A stretch of DNA of 32,000 nucleotides, taken from the NCBI RefSeq assembly GCF_000025505.1, contig NC_013849.1, forward strand, positions 2,164,267 to 2,196,266, in the 5' to 3' direction. The notes under the pieces were generated by a model that did not search any database, had not been told where the DNA came from, and saw only the letters and a list, made by a program, of their open reading frames with translations. A program made the translations under genes and the position numbers. Source of the stretch: Ferroglobus placidus DSM 10642. GTDB lineage: Archaea > Halobacteriota > Archaeoglobi > Archaeoglobales > Archaeoglobaceae. Positions 7,748-17,440 of the stretch are shown here, one piece after another; the stretch's first letter is position 1, and every line of letters begins with the position of its first letter.

Positions 7748-9310
7748 TTACACCTCCAATCTATATCCCAAAGCCTCAAAAACCCCTCTGATTTTAGCTT
7801 TTAGCTCTTCTTCCTCTTTCAGCAATTTCGAAAGTTCTTCGCTGTAAGATCTCATTTTTTCCTCGAATGTTTGTTCATCATCCAAATCAAGCTTAACTCC
7901 GACGTATCTTCCCGGTGTCAAAACGTAGTTGTTTCTCGCAATTTCTTCTATTGTCGCAACCTTAGCAAATCCAACCTCATCGATTTCCTCAAATCTGCCC
8001 TCCTCGAAAAGCCTGAACTTCTCCACGATCTTGCCTATGTGCTCATCTTTCATCACATTCTGCCTTCTCGAAATTGGCTCGTAGAGATCTTTAGCATTTA
8101 CGAAAAGCACCTTTCCCTTCATGTGCTCTGGCTTTTCCTTCCTGACAAACCAAAGAGAAACTGGCAATGATACGTTGTAGAAGAGCTTTGGTGGGCAAGC
8201 AACAATTCCGTAAACAAGGTCAGCCTTGACTATCGCCTTTCTTATCTCTCTCTACACCGCCAGCGGACAACGCACCGTTTGCCATAACGAAGCCAGCCTT
8301 TCCATTAGGTGCTAAATGATAGACAAAATGAAGTATCCACATATAGTTTGCGTTGCTGTTTGGGGGAACTGGTACTCTGACTCCATTTATTCTCAATCTC
8401 GGATCGTCAGGCTTAATTCTTTCAGCACCCCACTCGCTGTCGTTAAAAGGTGGATTAGAAGTAACATAATCGAACCTCATGTCGTAAAACTTGTCATCAT
8501 GATAGGAATCGCCAACTCTTATGTCTCCTTCAACTCCCCTGATAACTAAGTTCATCTTCGTAAGTTTCCAAGCCATAGGATCGGAATCCTGCCCGTATAT
8601 CTGCAACTCGAACCTATCTATTCCCTCTCTTTCGAGTTTCTCTATCGCTGAAACAAAGAAACCTCCGCTTCCACATGCAGGATCGAACATTCTTCCTCCT
8701 TTAATGTCCAAGACCTCGACTATAAGCTTAGTTAATGATCTTGGTGTGTAAAACTTGCCTCCCCTCTTCCCCTCAACTTCCGTAAACTTCCCCAAGAAAT
8801 ACTCGTAAATTCTGCCGAAAATGTCCCTCGCTTTATGATCGTATCCGAAATCAATCTTCGAAAAGAGGTTTATCAGATAGGCTAAATCGTAGTGGTCGAG
8901 GTTCGAGCTTAGGTAAACCTTTGGAATTACATCTTGTAGCTGTTTCGGATATTTCTTTTCCAGAATTTCTATGGCTCTCTCTATGATTTCTGCTATATTT
9001 GGCTGATTTGCATTTTTGGACAGATAGCTCCATCTTGCCTTTTCCGGAATGTAGAGAACGCCAGCCTCGAGGTAATAGTCCTCGTCCTCCAAAGCAAGCT
9101 CTCTTAACTCTGCACTCGTTTCTTCTTTCATCGAAAGCGTAGGAAAGATAACGCAAAAAGATTAGTCAGAGAACTATGTATTTGTATTGATGTACCTTCT
9201 ACCTTCCTCCTCAACTTATCTGCCGCCTTCCAAAGTTGATTTTCGAAATCGGGTGTTAATTCATGAATCTGAGAATTACCAATATCTACGAAATCGCTGA
9301 GCTTTGCCAT
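7748..9310 (-). pseudogene. hsdM: Type I restriction-modification DNA methyltransferase subunit (HsdM), multiply frameshifted
   Basis: HsdM pieces lie in different frames. These are MAKLSDFV...FENQLWKAADKLRRKVE (start 9310), RYLSYAFDE (frame of ORF 8851..9156), the body with FDPACGSGGFFVSAI and NPPFNDSEWG (9131..8220), and the C-terminal part IRKAIVKADLVYGIVACPPKLFYNVSLPVSLWFVRK... (ending at 7748). Confidence 0.88.
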
Positions 9311-9407
9311 CCATCTACACCTCCAAGCAATGTTACTAAAATGCGCGGAATTTTTAGTTTGGGAATAAGGGAAAAAGTTTTGCAAGCAACGTTTTTATAA
9401 AGTTCGT

Positions 9408-10202
9408 TTACTGCTCTTTCTTACCTCTCTTCGTCTCAGCGAAGTATTCGAGGATTTCTATCGGAATTGGAAAGACTATTGTTGTGTTTTGAGCGTTGGA
9501 GATTTCGTTCATCGTCTGGAGAATTCTCAGCATCATAGCCCCTCTGCTTTCCGAAAGTATTTCTGCCGCTTCTTTCAACTTCAAAGCAGCTTGATACTCT
9601 CCGTCCGCCCTTATAATCTTCGCCCTCCTCTCTCTTTCAGCTTCAGCCTGCATAGCCATAGCCCTCTGCATTTCCTTCGGCAGCTCGACATCCTTTATTT
9701 CAACAGCCGAAACTTTTATTCCCCACTGATCCGTGGCTTCGTCTATTATCTGCTGAAGCTTTAAATTCAGCTTTTCTCTTTCCGAAAGCAGTTCGTCAAG
9801 TTCCGCCTGACCAATAACGCTTCTCAGGGTGGTCTGGGCAATTTGGGCTGTTGCGAACTTGTAATCGTAAACTTCCGTTATCGCTTTCTCCGGATCGACA
9901 ACTCGATAGTAAACAACCGCGTTAACCCTAACAGTGACGTTATCTCTTGTAACGACTTCTTGCGGAGGTACGTCGTAAGTTACCGTTCTAAGGTCGACAA
10001 CCTGCATGCTTTCGAGAATCGGGATGACGTAAAATATTCCAGGTCCTCTCGCACCGACGAGCCTTCCGAGTCTGAAAATTACACCTCTCTCGTACTCCTT
10101 AACGATTCTGATTCCCGAAAGGAGGAACAGAATTATGACTATCGCCAGTCCCAACAGTATCGTGTCGCTTAAAGCCATAAAATAGAAATTTAACTTAAAC
10201 AA
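9408..10202 (-). CDS. SPFH/Band 7 stomatin-like (slipin) membrane protein
   Basis: One N-terminal TM segment followed by [69 protein letters not shown]. Confidence 0.93.
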   Translation of the reverse strand: MFKLNFYFMALSDTILLGLAIVIILFLLSGIRIVKEYERGVIFRLGRLVGARGPGIFYVIPILESMQVVDLRTVTYDVPPQEVVTRDNVTVRVNAVVYYRVVDPEKAITEVYDYKFATAQIAQTTLRSVIGQAELDELLSEREKLNLKLQQIIDEATDQWGIKVSAVEIKDVELPKEMQRAMAMQAEAERERRAKIIRADGEYQAALKLKEAAEILSESRGAMMLRILQTMNEISNAQNTTIVFPIPIEILEYFAETKRGKKEQ

Positions 10203-10250
10203 ATAAGTTTTTCGATGGATTTATATGTAGCAGTTTTTAAAATCGCGTAG

Positions 10251-11171
10251 GTGATAAAGGAGCAGTTTAGAGAGATAAATAGGAAGTTCGTGGAGAAATA
10301 CGAAAAAATAGACGATTCGAAAGAGTTCTACGAGTTCATGGCTAAGCCAATAAGACAGAGCTTCAGAGTTAACACGCTTAAAATAGATGTTAAAAGCGTT
10401 GTGGAAAGATTATCGGAAGAGTTCGAACTCGAAAGAGTCCCTTGGTGTAAAGAGGGGTTTTTCGTTTACGGAGAGGGAATAACCAAAACTCCTGAATTCG
10501 CTCTCGGCTTGATATTCATGCAGGAAGCTTCCTCGATGATACCGCCGGTTGTTATGGATTTGAAGGAGAACCTCTTCGTTCTCGACATGGCAGCCGCTCC
10601 TGGAGCGAAAACGACGCAGATTTCGCAATACATGAACAACACCGGCTGCGTTATTGCCAATGATGTGAAGTACTCGAGGTTGAACATTCTCATTTCTAAC
10701 GTTCAGAAGTACGGATGCATAAACGTTGTTGTGACGGAAAAGGACGGAAGATACTTTGGAAGGTTCAGAGACACCTTCGATAGAGTTTTACTTGATGCTC
10801 CCTGCAGCAACGTGGGGATGATAAGGAAGAACTACAAATATTTAAAGCTCTGGAGGCAGATGGAAGTGGAAGCTTTGTCGAGGCTGCAAAAAAGTCTGAT
10901 TTTGGCAGCTTACAAAGCTTTGAAGCCGAAAGGTGTTCTTGTTTACTCCACTTGCACTCTCGATCCCGAAGAAAATGAAGAAGTAATCGACTACCTTCTC
11001 TACAATACCGACGCGAAGCTCGAAAAAATAAAGCTTCCAGTAAAGTCTACAGAGCCGATATTGGAGTTCAACGGGAAAAGGTACAGCGAAGAAGTCAAAA
11101 AGTGCCTGAGAATTCATCCTCAAGATAACGACACCGAAGGCTTCTTCGTCGCCAAGGTGGTGAAACCGTGA
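10251..11171 (+). CDS. NOL1/NOP2/Sun-family RNA (cytosine-5)-methyltransferase
   Basis: VLDMAAAPGAKTTQISQYMNNTG...VLLDAPCSNVGM...LVYSTCTLDPEENEEVI (motifs I, IV and VI). Confidence 0.94.
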   Translation: MIKEQFREINRKFVEKYEKIDDSKEFYEFMAKPIRQSFRVNTLKIDVKSVVERLSEEFELERVPWCKEGFFVYGEGITKTPEFALGLIFMQEASSMIPPVVMDLKENLFVLDMAAAPGAKTTQISQYMNNTGCVIANDVKYSRLNILISNVQKYGCINVVVTEKDGRYFGRFRDTFDRVLLDAPCSNVGMIRKNYKYLKLWRQMEVEALSRLQKSLILAAYKALKPKGVLVYSTCTLDPEENEEVIDYLLYNTDAKLEKIKLPVKSTEPILEFNGKRYSEEVKKCLRIHPQDNDTEGFFVAKVVKP

Positions 11172-11566
11172 ACTATTTGGAAATTTTAAGGGAACTTTAC
11201 GGAGTCGAGAAGGTGAATTTCGAGCTGAAAAAGATGGGAAAGGACAGGCTCTACGCTTTTCTGAAGTGCGACAAGAAGGACGAGCTCGGGATAAAAGAGT
11301 ACCACCAAGGAGTCTACTTCGGCAAGCTCGAAAAAGATGGGATAAGGTTGAGCATAGAGGGTTGCTATTTGCTTCGAGACGAGATTAAGAAAAACCTCAT
11401 AGAAGTTTCCTACGAAGATGCGATTAAGTGGTTGAAAGGAGAAGATTTGGATATTCCTTACAAAGGATACGTCGTGCTGAAGTGGAGAAACTACTTTTTG
11501 GGTTGCGGAAAGGGGGATGGAAAGAAAATAAGGAACTACGTCCCTAAGGAGAGGAGAATAATCTAA
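11168..11566 (+). CDS. NSUN-associated, possibly PUA-like protein
   Basis: 132 aa, GTG start overlapping the m5C methylase stop. It resembles the C-terminal RNA-binding extension of NSUN enzymes (GVYFGKLEKDGIRLSIEG...GYVVLKWRNYFLGCGKGDGKKIRNYVPKERR). Confidence 0.6.
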   Translation: MNYLEILRELYGVEKVNFELKKMGKDRLYAFLKCDKKDELGIKEYHQGVYFGKLEKDGIRLSIEGCYLLRDEIKKNLIEVSYEDAIKWLKGEDLDIPYKGYVVLKWRNYFLGCGKGDGKKIRNYVPKERRII

Positions 11567-11602
11567 CAAAACATTATTAAATTCCAAAATCAACGCTTAA
11601 AA

Positions 11603-12115
11603 ATGGATCCGAGAGCGTTTTATAAAATAAGTTACGGACTTTACGTCGTTTCCTCCTCCTACAATGGTAGACTGAGCGGGCAAATTGCCAATACAGTTTT
11701 TCAGGTCTCCTCAGAGCCTCCGATGATTGCAGCTTGTTTGAACAAGAAAAACTTCACCCACGAAATAGTGAAGTCGAGTAAGGTTTTCGCTGTTAGCGTT
11801 TTGGAAGCTGAAACGCCACTGACGTTCATAGGAAGGTTTGGGTTCAGAAGTAGCAGGGACTTCGACAAGTTTGAAGGAGTGGATTACGAAATAGGAGTAA
11901 CTGGCGCTCCAGTCGTAATTCAGCATGCAACAGCAATTTTCGAGGCAAAGGTCGTTAAGGAGTGCGACGTTGGAACTCACACCTTGTTTATCGGTGAAGT
12001 CGTGAGGGCTGAGCTGAGAAGAGATGCCGAAGTTTTGACTTACGCCGACTACCATCGGATTAAGAAAGGAAAAACTCCGAAAACTGCTACCGTTTACTTC
12101 GATAAGCAAAGTTAG
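11603..12115 (+). CDS. Flavin reductase-like FMN-binding protein
   Basis: ALYKISYGLYVVSS-type start, NGRLSGQIANTVFQVSSEPPMIAACLNKKNFTHEIVKSSKVFAVSVL, and HTLFIGEV. Confidence 0.9.
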   Translation: MDPRAFYKISYGLYVVSSSYNGRLSGQIANTVFQVSSEPPMIAACLNKKNFTHEIVKSSKVFAVSVLEAETPLTFIGRFGFRSSRDFDKFEGVDYEIGVTGAPVVIQHATAIFEAKVVKECDVGTHTLFIGEVVRAELRRDAEVLTYADYHRIKKGKTPKTATVYFDKQS

Positions 12116-12372
12116 TTGCTAAATTGCAAAAAATGCAACATTGATGCTTTTTTTATCACTCACTTTTTGGGCTTTCGAACAATTTTAAATTTTGGAGATA
12201 ATAATAAAAAATTAAAATTTAAACTTTTTAAATTATATCTTCTAACTCTTATGTTTTCCATTTTTAAATCTTTTATAAAAATTAAAATGACAAAAATTGA
12301 ATTGATAATTTAAATTAATTAAATATTAATGAGCTATGTAATCTGTAGCCTTATCACAAAATTTTTAGAATA

Positions 12373-12402
12373 CAACATTTTTAGGTTTACCTAAAAATGT
12401 TG
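12373..12402. repeat. Perfect 14-bp inverted repeat with 2-nt spacer in an AT-rich ~700-bp intergenic region
   Basis: CAACATTTTTAGGT-tt-ACCTAAAAATGTTG. Confidence 0.9.
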
Positions 12403-12826
12403 AATGTGGCGACTCGCTTGTTCCAAAAATTATGTGAATTTAGGCTGCGTCGCGAATTTACCCCCCCTTAACTGCATGAAGTGTGCAAATTTGTGAAACA
12501 ACGCTATTTAACGGTGTTAAATATTACAATAATTTTGGAATAAAGATTATTTAGCCTCAGCAATATATATTTGCTTCAAAATTAACTGCTCAAGAAATTA
12601 TTGATTTGTGAGTAGATATTTGAATATACAAAATTAAAAACTAAAATTAATTAAAATAAATTTTGAAAATTAATATATTACATTAAATAAATAATTTTAA
12701 TTAAATTACTTAGATACAACAGAACAAATGTAAATTAACCTCCAAGTTTCAAAAAGTGAGTGATGAAGAAGAGAGAAGATTTTGGGGAAAACGTATAAGA
12801 GTGAGTAAAGCAGATGTTCGGATGTT

Positions 12827-13945
12827 ATGAAAATTTCGAAAAGCGCGTATCGGAAGAGAGTTGAAAAAGTCCAAGAGCTTATGGAAAAGGAAGGGATAGA
12901 CGCTTTCCTCGTGCTTTCCCTCGAAAATTACAGGTATTTCACTGGAGATGTGAGAAAGCAACCGAGGATGGTAATTCCGTCTAACGACGAGCCTTTTTTA
13001 ATAGTTTTCGACACCGAAAAAGAGGAAGCTGAGAAAAAGACCGGTCTCGAGGCAAAAACCTATAGATCCCTCCCGGATATGATGAAGCACATCGTAGCAT
13101 TCACAAACTCCCTTGGGGACAACCCGAAGATAGCTGTTGAGATGGAGTTTTCAACGCCAGCTTTTCTCCTTGAGAGGTTCAGAAAAATGAATCCTCACGT
13201 GGAAGTTGTAGATGCGAAGCAGATAGTTGCTCCGCTGAGAAAATACAAAGACGAGTACGAGTTAGAACTCATGAAAAAAGCTGGAAAACTTGCGGATGTG
13301 GCAATGGAAAAAGTCTTGGACGTTTTGAAGCCGGGAGTTGCAGAGAGAGAAGTTGCCAACGAAGTGGAGTACTACATCAGAAAGAAGGGAGCTGAAAGGC
13401 TCGCTTTTCCTATGTTCGTTAATTCCGGAGAAAGGAGTCTCTGGCTTCACGGTTTAGCTACAGACAGAAAAATTGAGGAGGGAGATGTGGTTTTAATAGA
13501 TGTAGGTCCGGTTTACGAGGGATACTGCGCTGACATAGCGAGAACTTTCGTTGTAGGTAAAGCTACCGAAGAGCAAAAAAGAGCTCATTCAGCTTACGTG
13601 GAATTACAGGAGAGAGTCGTGGAAATTATCGAAAAAGAAAAGAACGAAATATCGATTCTTGAGATAGAGAGAAGAAACGAGGAGTTCATGAAAAGCAAGG
13701 GCTTTGGAAACTTTTACGTAAAAGGATTTCTCCACGGGATCGGACTGAATTTCGAAGAGACTCCGTTTCCAACGATATTTCCCGAAGATTTGAGGGAGGT
13801 TGTCGAGGAAAGAATGACTTTGTCAGTTGGACATTCTGTTCTCTCAATCAAAGGCGTTGGGGGATTTAGAGTTGAGGATACCATTTACGTTGGAGAAAAA
13901 ATCGAGTTCCTTACGACTTTCACCAGAGAACTTCTGGAGGTGTGA
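12827..13945 (+). CDS. M24-family Xaa-Pro aminopeptidase/dipeptidase-like
   Basis: IDVGPVYEGYCADIARTFVVGK...GFLHGIGLNFEE... carries the M24 metal-binding residues. Confidence 0.88.
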   Translation: MKISKSAYRKRVEKVQELMEKEGIDAFLVLSLENYRYFTGDVRKQPRMVIPSNDEPFLIVFDTEKEEAEKKTGLEAKTYRSLPDMMKHIVAFTNSLGDNPKIAVEMEFSTPAFLLERFRKMNPHVEVVDAKQIVAPLRKYKDEYELELMKKAGKLADVAMEKVLDVLKPGVAEREVANEVEYYIRKKGAERLAFPMFVNSGERSLWLHGLATDRKIEEGDVVLIDVGPVYEGYCADIARTFVVGKATEEQKRAHSAYVELQERVVEIIEKEKNEISILEIERRNEEFMKSKGFGNFYVKGFLHGIGLNFEETPFPTIFPEDLREVVEERMTLSVGHSVLSIKGVGGFRVEDTIYVGEKIEFLTTFTRELLEV

Positions 13946-13948
13946 TTT

Positions 13949-14359
13949 ATGGCTGAAGCTAAAGGAGAAATTGTCGTTTCCGCAGACGTTGAGAGAGTTA
14001 GGAAAGTCCTTTTAGACATGAAAACGGTTGGTAGTTGCTTTAAGTTCGTTAAGAATGCTTCTGAAAAAGGAGAAAAGTGGTTTGTCAGAGCTCCTATGTC
14101 GATGATAACGCAAACAAAGGAGTTAGAAGTGAAAGTTATCAGAGAAGAGCCAGTTGAATGGGAAGCAAAGGGAAAACATCTGTTATGGAAGGGAAGATTT
14201 GAGGTAGAAGAGGCAAACGGGGGAACGAGGATAAAGGTTACGCTCTCCGTTGAGGGGCTGGGAAGCATGGCAGCGATAATTAATCCGATGGCAAGCGTCC
14301 AGATAGAGGGGCAATTAAGGTACTTCCTAAACGAGTTGAAGAAGAAAATTGAGGGTTAG
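13949..14359 (+). CDS. SRPBCC/CoxG-like protein
   Basis: GEIVVSADVERVRKVLLDMKTVGSCFKFVKN... is typical of CO dehydrogenase subunit G/SRPBCC. Confidence 0.75.
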   Translation: MAEAKGEIVVSADVERVRKVLLDMKTVGSCFKFVKNASEKGEKWFVRAPMSMITQTKELEVKVIREEPVEWEAKGKHLLWKGRFEVEEANGGTRIKVTLSVEGLGSMAAIINPMASVQIEGQLRYFLNELKKKIEG

Positions 14360-15393
14360 CGTTTCGCTATAAGCTCTTTCACCGCCGTACAACCTCCGCA
14401 GGTGAAGCATCCCGCTTCGGCTTTATTGATTTTGACATGCTTAACGTAACTTTCAACGAGCTCGTAAATCTTTACCACTTCATCTAAATTGACTGGCTGT
14501 TCGTTAGAATAAGGCGGAGGTCTGTAAGGAGCTAGGAAAGGAGTAATTCCTATTTCAACCATCCTTTCAACGTTTTCAGCAGTTACGAATTTATCCTCTC
14601 CGAAACCAAGCACAATCCAGCTGTTAACCTTCCATTTCCCGAAAATATCCACGGCGTTCTCCCAAGCTTTGAAGTACTCTTCAAGCTTCGGCTTTCCTGG
14701 AACAACATTGCTTCTAATTTTTTCGTCCAGAACTTCAGCGTGAATACCTATCGTGTCTGCCCCACTTTCGTAAAGCATTTCAAGAAAATCTCTATCGACG
14801 ACGTCGACCTGAACGTGAATTGGTATGTCCACTTTTTCCTTTACAGCCTTAACAACTTCAGAGATTTTTACAGCCCCTTTGTCTTTCCCCGGCATAATTC
14901 CGGAAGTTATTGTGAGGTGTCTGCTGTTATCCTCTTCGTAAGCCATTTTCGCAGCCTCGGCTATCATTTCTGGAGTTTTTTCCACGATCGAGTTTTCCAG
15001 CCCAATCTCTATAGAGCAGAATTTGCATCTCTTCTTTTTCCACAGAACGCATCTTCTCGACACAGCAGTTACGAGAGCGTTAATTCCGTCGAGAGCAACT
15101 ATTTTCCCGGCTTCAACGCCAAAACTCGTCGGCTTCGAATAATACTCAGCCTTAGGTAGCTTAACCTCGCCAACGACTTCGTCGTTCTTGAAAAGGTAAT
15201 ATTTCTCGTCGATTTTCTCAATTCTGTAAGGGGAGTTTTCAACGAACTTTTGCTTGTTCGGAGCAGAAACCACGCTACCTTCTACCTCAAACCCAACTCC
15301 TCCAGTTGGACCTCCTCCACTCTTTCTGTAGCTTCTAACGTTTCCTCTAACTCCTTTCACTATTATTTCGAGTTTCGTTCTCCAGTCAAGCAT
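14356..15393 (-). CDS. Radical SAM protein with atypical CX7CX2C motif
   Basis: RRCVLWKKKRCKFCSIE, HLTITSGIMPGKDKGA, and a C-terminal AGCFTCGGC. It overlaps the upstream marker-11 ORF by 8 nt. Confidence 0.82.
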   Translation of the reverse strand: MLDWRTKLEIIVKGVRGNVRSYRKSGGGPTGGVGFEVEGSVVSAPNKQKFVENSPYRIEKIDEKYYLFKNDEVVGEVKLPKAEYYSKPTSFGVEAGKIVALDGINALVTAVSRRCVLWKKKRCKFCSIEIGLENSIVEKTPEMIAEAAKMAYEEDNSRHLTITSGIMPGKDKGAVKISEVVKAVKEKVDIPIHVQVDVVDRDFLEMLYESGADTIGIHAEVLDEKIRSNVVPGKPKLEEYFKAWENAVDIFGKWKVNSWIVLGFGEDKFVTAENVERMVEIGITPFLAPYRPPPYSNEQPVNLDEVVKIYELVESYVKHVKINKAEAGCFTCGGCTAVKELIAKR

Positions 15394-16327
15394 AAACCCT
15401 CACAGCCTCATCCGGAGAGTCGCTGTAAGCCACAGCTGCCAGAGCACCTATTACACCTCTCCTCCCGGTAATTTCTATCAACTCAACCCCGTTTCTCTCC
15501 GCAACATTTTCAGCCTCCTCGATTTCCACCATCTCCCTCTTTACCTTCTCCCCGAATTTTAACAGCTCTTCGTCGATCAAAATTTTTTTGTAAACCGCCA
15601 TAGCCGTTTCGTCGCTGAAAGTGCTCTTTCTAAGCTCTTTTTCAAACGCTTTCACGAGCTTTTCCGAATCTTGCGTTGCGAAAGTTACTGAAATGGATAC
15701 GCAGTTCGTAGTTTTGTATGGATTTTTCGTGTACAGCTGAGTGATCGTGTGAAGGAGGTAGTATCCAAGTCCTTCTTTTTCAAGTTTGTAGGCGATTTCG
15801 TTAACGAGTGCCCAAGTTGCCCCTCCTTCCTTGCTGTCCGTATCATCGACGCCTATCACAACCTTCTCCATTGCCGGAAGAACGAGTTTAGCCTTTCCAA
15901 GTTTCTCTCCTCCTCCCTCTTCGAGAATTTCAATTCCCAACACGTTTTCAGCCATGCCCCTGCAAACTGTCGCAGCTATGCCTCCTCCGGCAAGACCGGC
16001 GTAAGTTACCTCGACTTTATCACCAACAACTTCGACTTTTTCAACACCAGCTCCGGCAATCCCCGGCACGAGCCTCAAAGTCGTTTCTCCCTTTTTCAAA
16101 ACGAAAATGTTCCTCGCTCCTTCTCTCCTCGCTTTTAGAACGAGGTTGCTCACTCTCGGGTAGTGGTAAATCTCCCAAGCAGCTCCGCCTATGCATTTTC
16201 CTCTCGCATGAAACTCGTGGAGCTCAACGTGAAAGCCGTCGTGCATGGCGATAATTCTCTCGTAAGGAGAAATCCACTCAACACCACCATATTTTTTTAA
16301 TACCTCCTCTCTACTCATCAAAACCAT
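15386..16327 (-). CDS. Methanogenesis marker protein 11-like
   Basis: VIGVDDTDSKEGGATWALVNEIA...HTITQLYTKNPYKTTNCVSISVTF, plus the N-terminal WISPYERIIAMHDGFHVELHEF. Confidence 0.85.
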   Translation of the reverse strand: MVLMSREEVLKKYGGVEWISPYERIIAMHDGFHVELHEFHARGKCIGGAAWEIYHYPRVSNLVLKARREGARNIFVLKKGETTLRLVPGIAGAGVEKVEVVGDKVEVTYAGLAGGGIAATVCRGMAENVLGIEILEEGGGEKLGKAKLVLPAMEKVVIGVDDTDSKEGGATWALVNEIAYKLEKEGLGYYLLHTITQLYTKNPYKTTNCVSISVTFATQDSEKLVKAFEKELRKSTFSDETAMAVYKKILIDEELLKFGEKVKREMVEIEEAENVAERNGVELIEITGRRGVIGALAAVAYSDSPDEAVRVYA

Positions 16328-16360
16328 AAGTTGTGAAAATTCGAGAACGATTATAAATGT

Positions 16361-17329
16361 TTGGAGGTGCTGAACGTGGAGGCAATACTCGACATAGAGG
16401 GAGAAAAGAGCGAGGAGAGAGAATTTGACGTAGCAATAATCGGAGCTGGACCAGCAGGACTGACCGCTGCAATATATGCTACAAGGTACGGTCTGAAGAC
16501 GGTTGTCTTCGAAACTGTGGAAGCTTCTCAGCTTTCGTTAGCTCCGAAAATAGAGAATTACCCGGGATTTGAAGGATCCGGATTTGAATTGCTTGAAAGA
16601 ATCAAAAGGCAGGCTTTAAAGTTTGGAGCCGTGCACAAGTTCGAGCACGTGGAGAGGCTTAGAAAAGACGGTGACTACTTCGTCGTAAAAACCGACATGG
16701 CTGAGTATAAAGCGAAAGCTTTGATAATTGCTACCGGAGGAAAGCACAAAGAACTCGGAGTTCCTGGAGAAAAAGAATTCGTCGGGAAGGGTGTTAGCTA
16801 CTGCGCCACTTGCGACGGAAACTTCTTTAGAGGGAAAAGAGTTGCCGTCGTCGGTGGAGGAAATACGGCTGTGACCGATGCGATTTACCTCCACGAAATT
16901 GGTTGCGATGTCGTTTTGATCCACAGAAGAGACGAGTTGAGGGCTGAAAAAGCTTTACAAGAGGAACTTTTCAAAAGGAACATCCCAGTAATATGGGACA
17001 CGGTCGTTCTCAGAATAGAGGGTAACGAGAAGGTCGAAAGGCTCGTCCTCCTCAACAGAAAAACGAATGAAGAGAGCGTTTTAGAAGTGGACGGAGTTTT
17101 CATAGCAGTAGGAATCGTGCCAGCGACAGATATAGTCATGGATCTCGGAGTAGAAAGGGATGCTGCCGGTTACATCAAAGTTGACAAAAGGCAGAGAACA
17201 AACGTTCCCGGTGTTTTTGCCGCTGGCGACTGTTGCGACAATCCTCTAAAACAAGTTGTCACAGCATGTGCCGACGGAGCTATAGCGGCGAACTCGGCTT
17301 TTGAGTACATCAAAATGATGCAACTTTAA
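16361..17329 (+). CDS. trxB: Thioredoxin reductase-like flavoprotein
   Basis: AIIGAGPAGLTAAIYATRYG, SYCATCDGNFFRGKRVAVVGGGNTAVTDAIYL and GVFAAGDCCDN. Confidence 0.92.
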   Translation: MEVLNVEAILDIEGEKSEEREFDVAIIGAGPAGLTAAIYATRYGLKTVVFETVEASQLSLAPKIENYPGFEGSGFELLERIKRQALKFGAVHKFEHVERLRKDGDYFVVKTDMAEYKAKALIIATGGKHKELGVPGEKEFVGKGVSYCATCDGNFFRGKRVAVVGGGNTAVTDAIYLHEIGCDVVLIHRRDELRAEKALQEELFKRNIPVIWDTVVLRIEGNEKVERLVLLNRKTNEESVLEVDGVFIAVGIVPATDIVMDLGVERDAAGYIKVDKRQRTNVPGVFAAGDCCDNPLKQVVTACADGAIAANSAFEYIKMMQL

Positions 17330-17378
17330 ATTTTTTTGAAACTAAAAAAGTTAAATGGCTTGAAAACCTAATAACTTT

Positions 17379-17440
17379 AGCCGCTGTGATGATTACTCCC
17401 GCTGCTGACACGTGATGATTATTGCGCTATCTGAGCGGCT
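17379..17440 (+). ncRNA. Box C/D guide sRNA
   Basis: Terminal stem AGCCGC(17379-17384)/GCGGCT(17435-17440). Box C GTGATGA 17386-17392, 12-nt guide, D' CTGA 17405-17408, CAC, C' GTGATGA 17412-17418, 12-nt guide, D CTGA 17431-17434. A TTAAAT element lies about 25 nt upstream. Confidence 0.93.

Noticed and set aside
8245-8253. GA-tract phase variation of HsdM
   Set aside because: The tract is very short (4.5 units) and other breaks exist in the same gene, so a reversible switch is not supported without read evidence.
8851-9156. 101-aa ORF starting MRYLSYAFDE as an independent gene
   Set aside because: Only its first residues resemble HsdM; the rest is the wrong frame of hsdM. It is treated as part of the pseudogene.
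12116-12313. 65-aa ORF in the AT-rich gap
   Set aside because: It is a low-complexity F/L/I/K-rich translation of AT-rich DNA, with no independent RBS or family signature.
12116-12826. Calling the AT-rich gap a replication origin
   Set aside because: No orc1/cdc6 gene is adjacent and no ORB-like repeat could be recognised, so it is kept only as a general observation.
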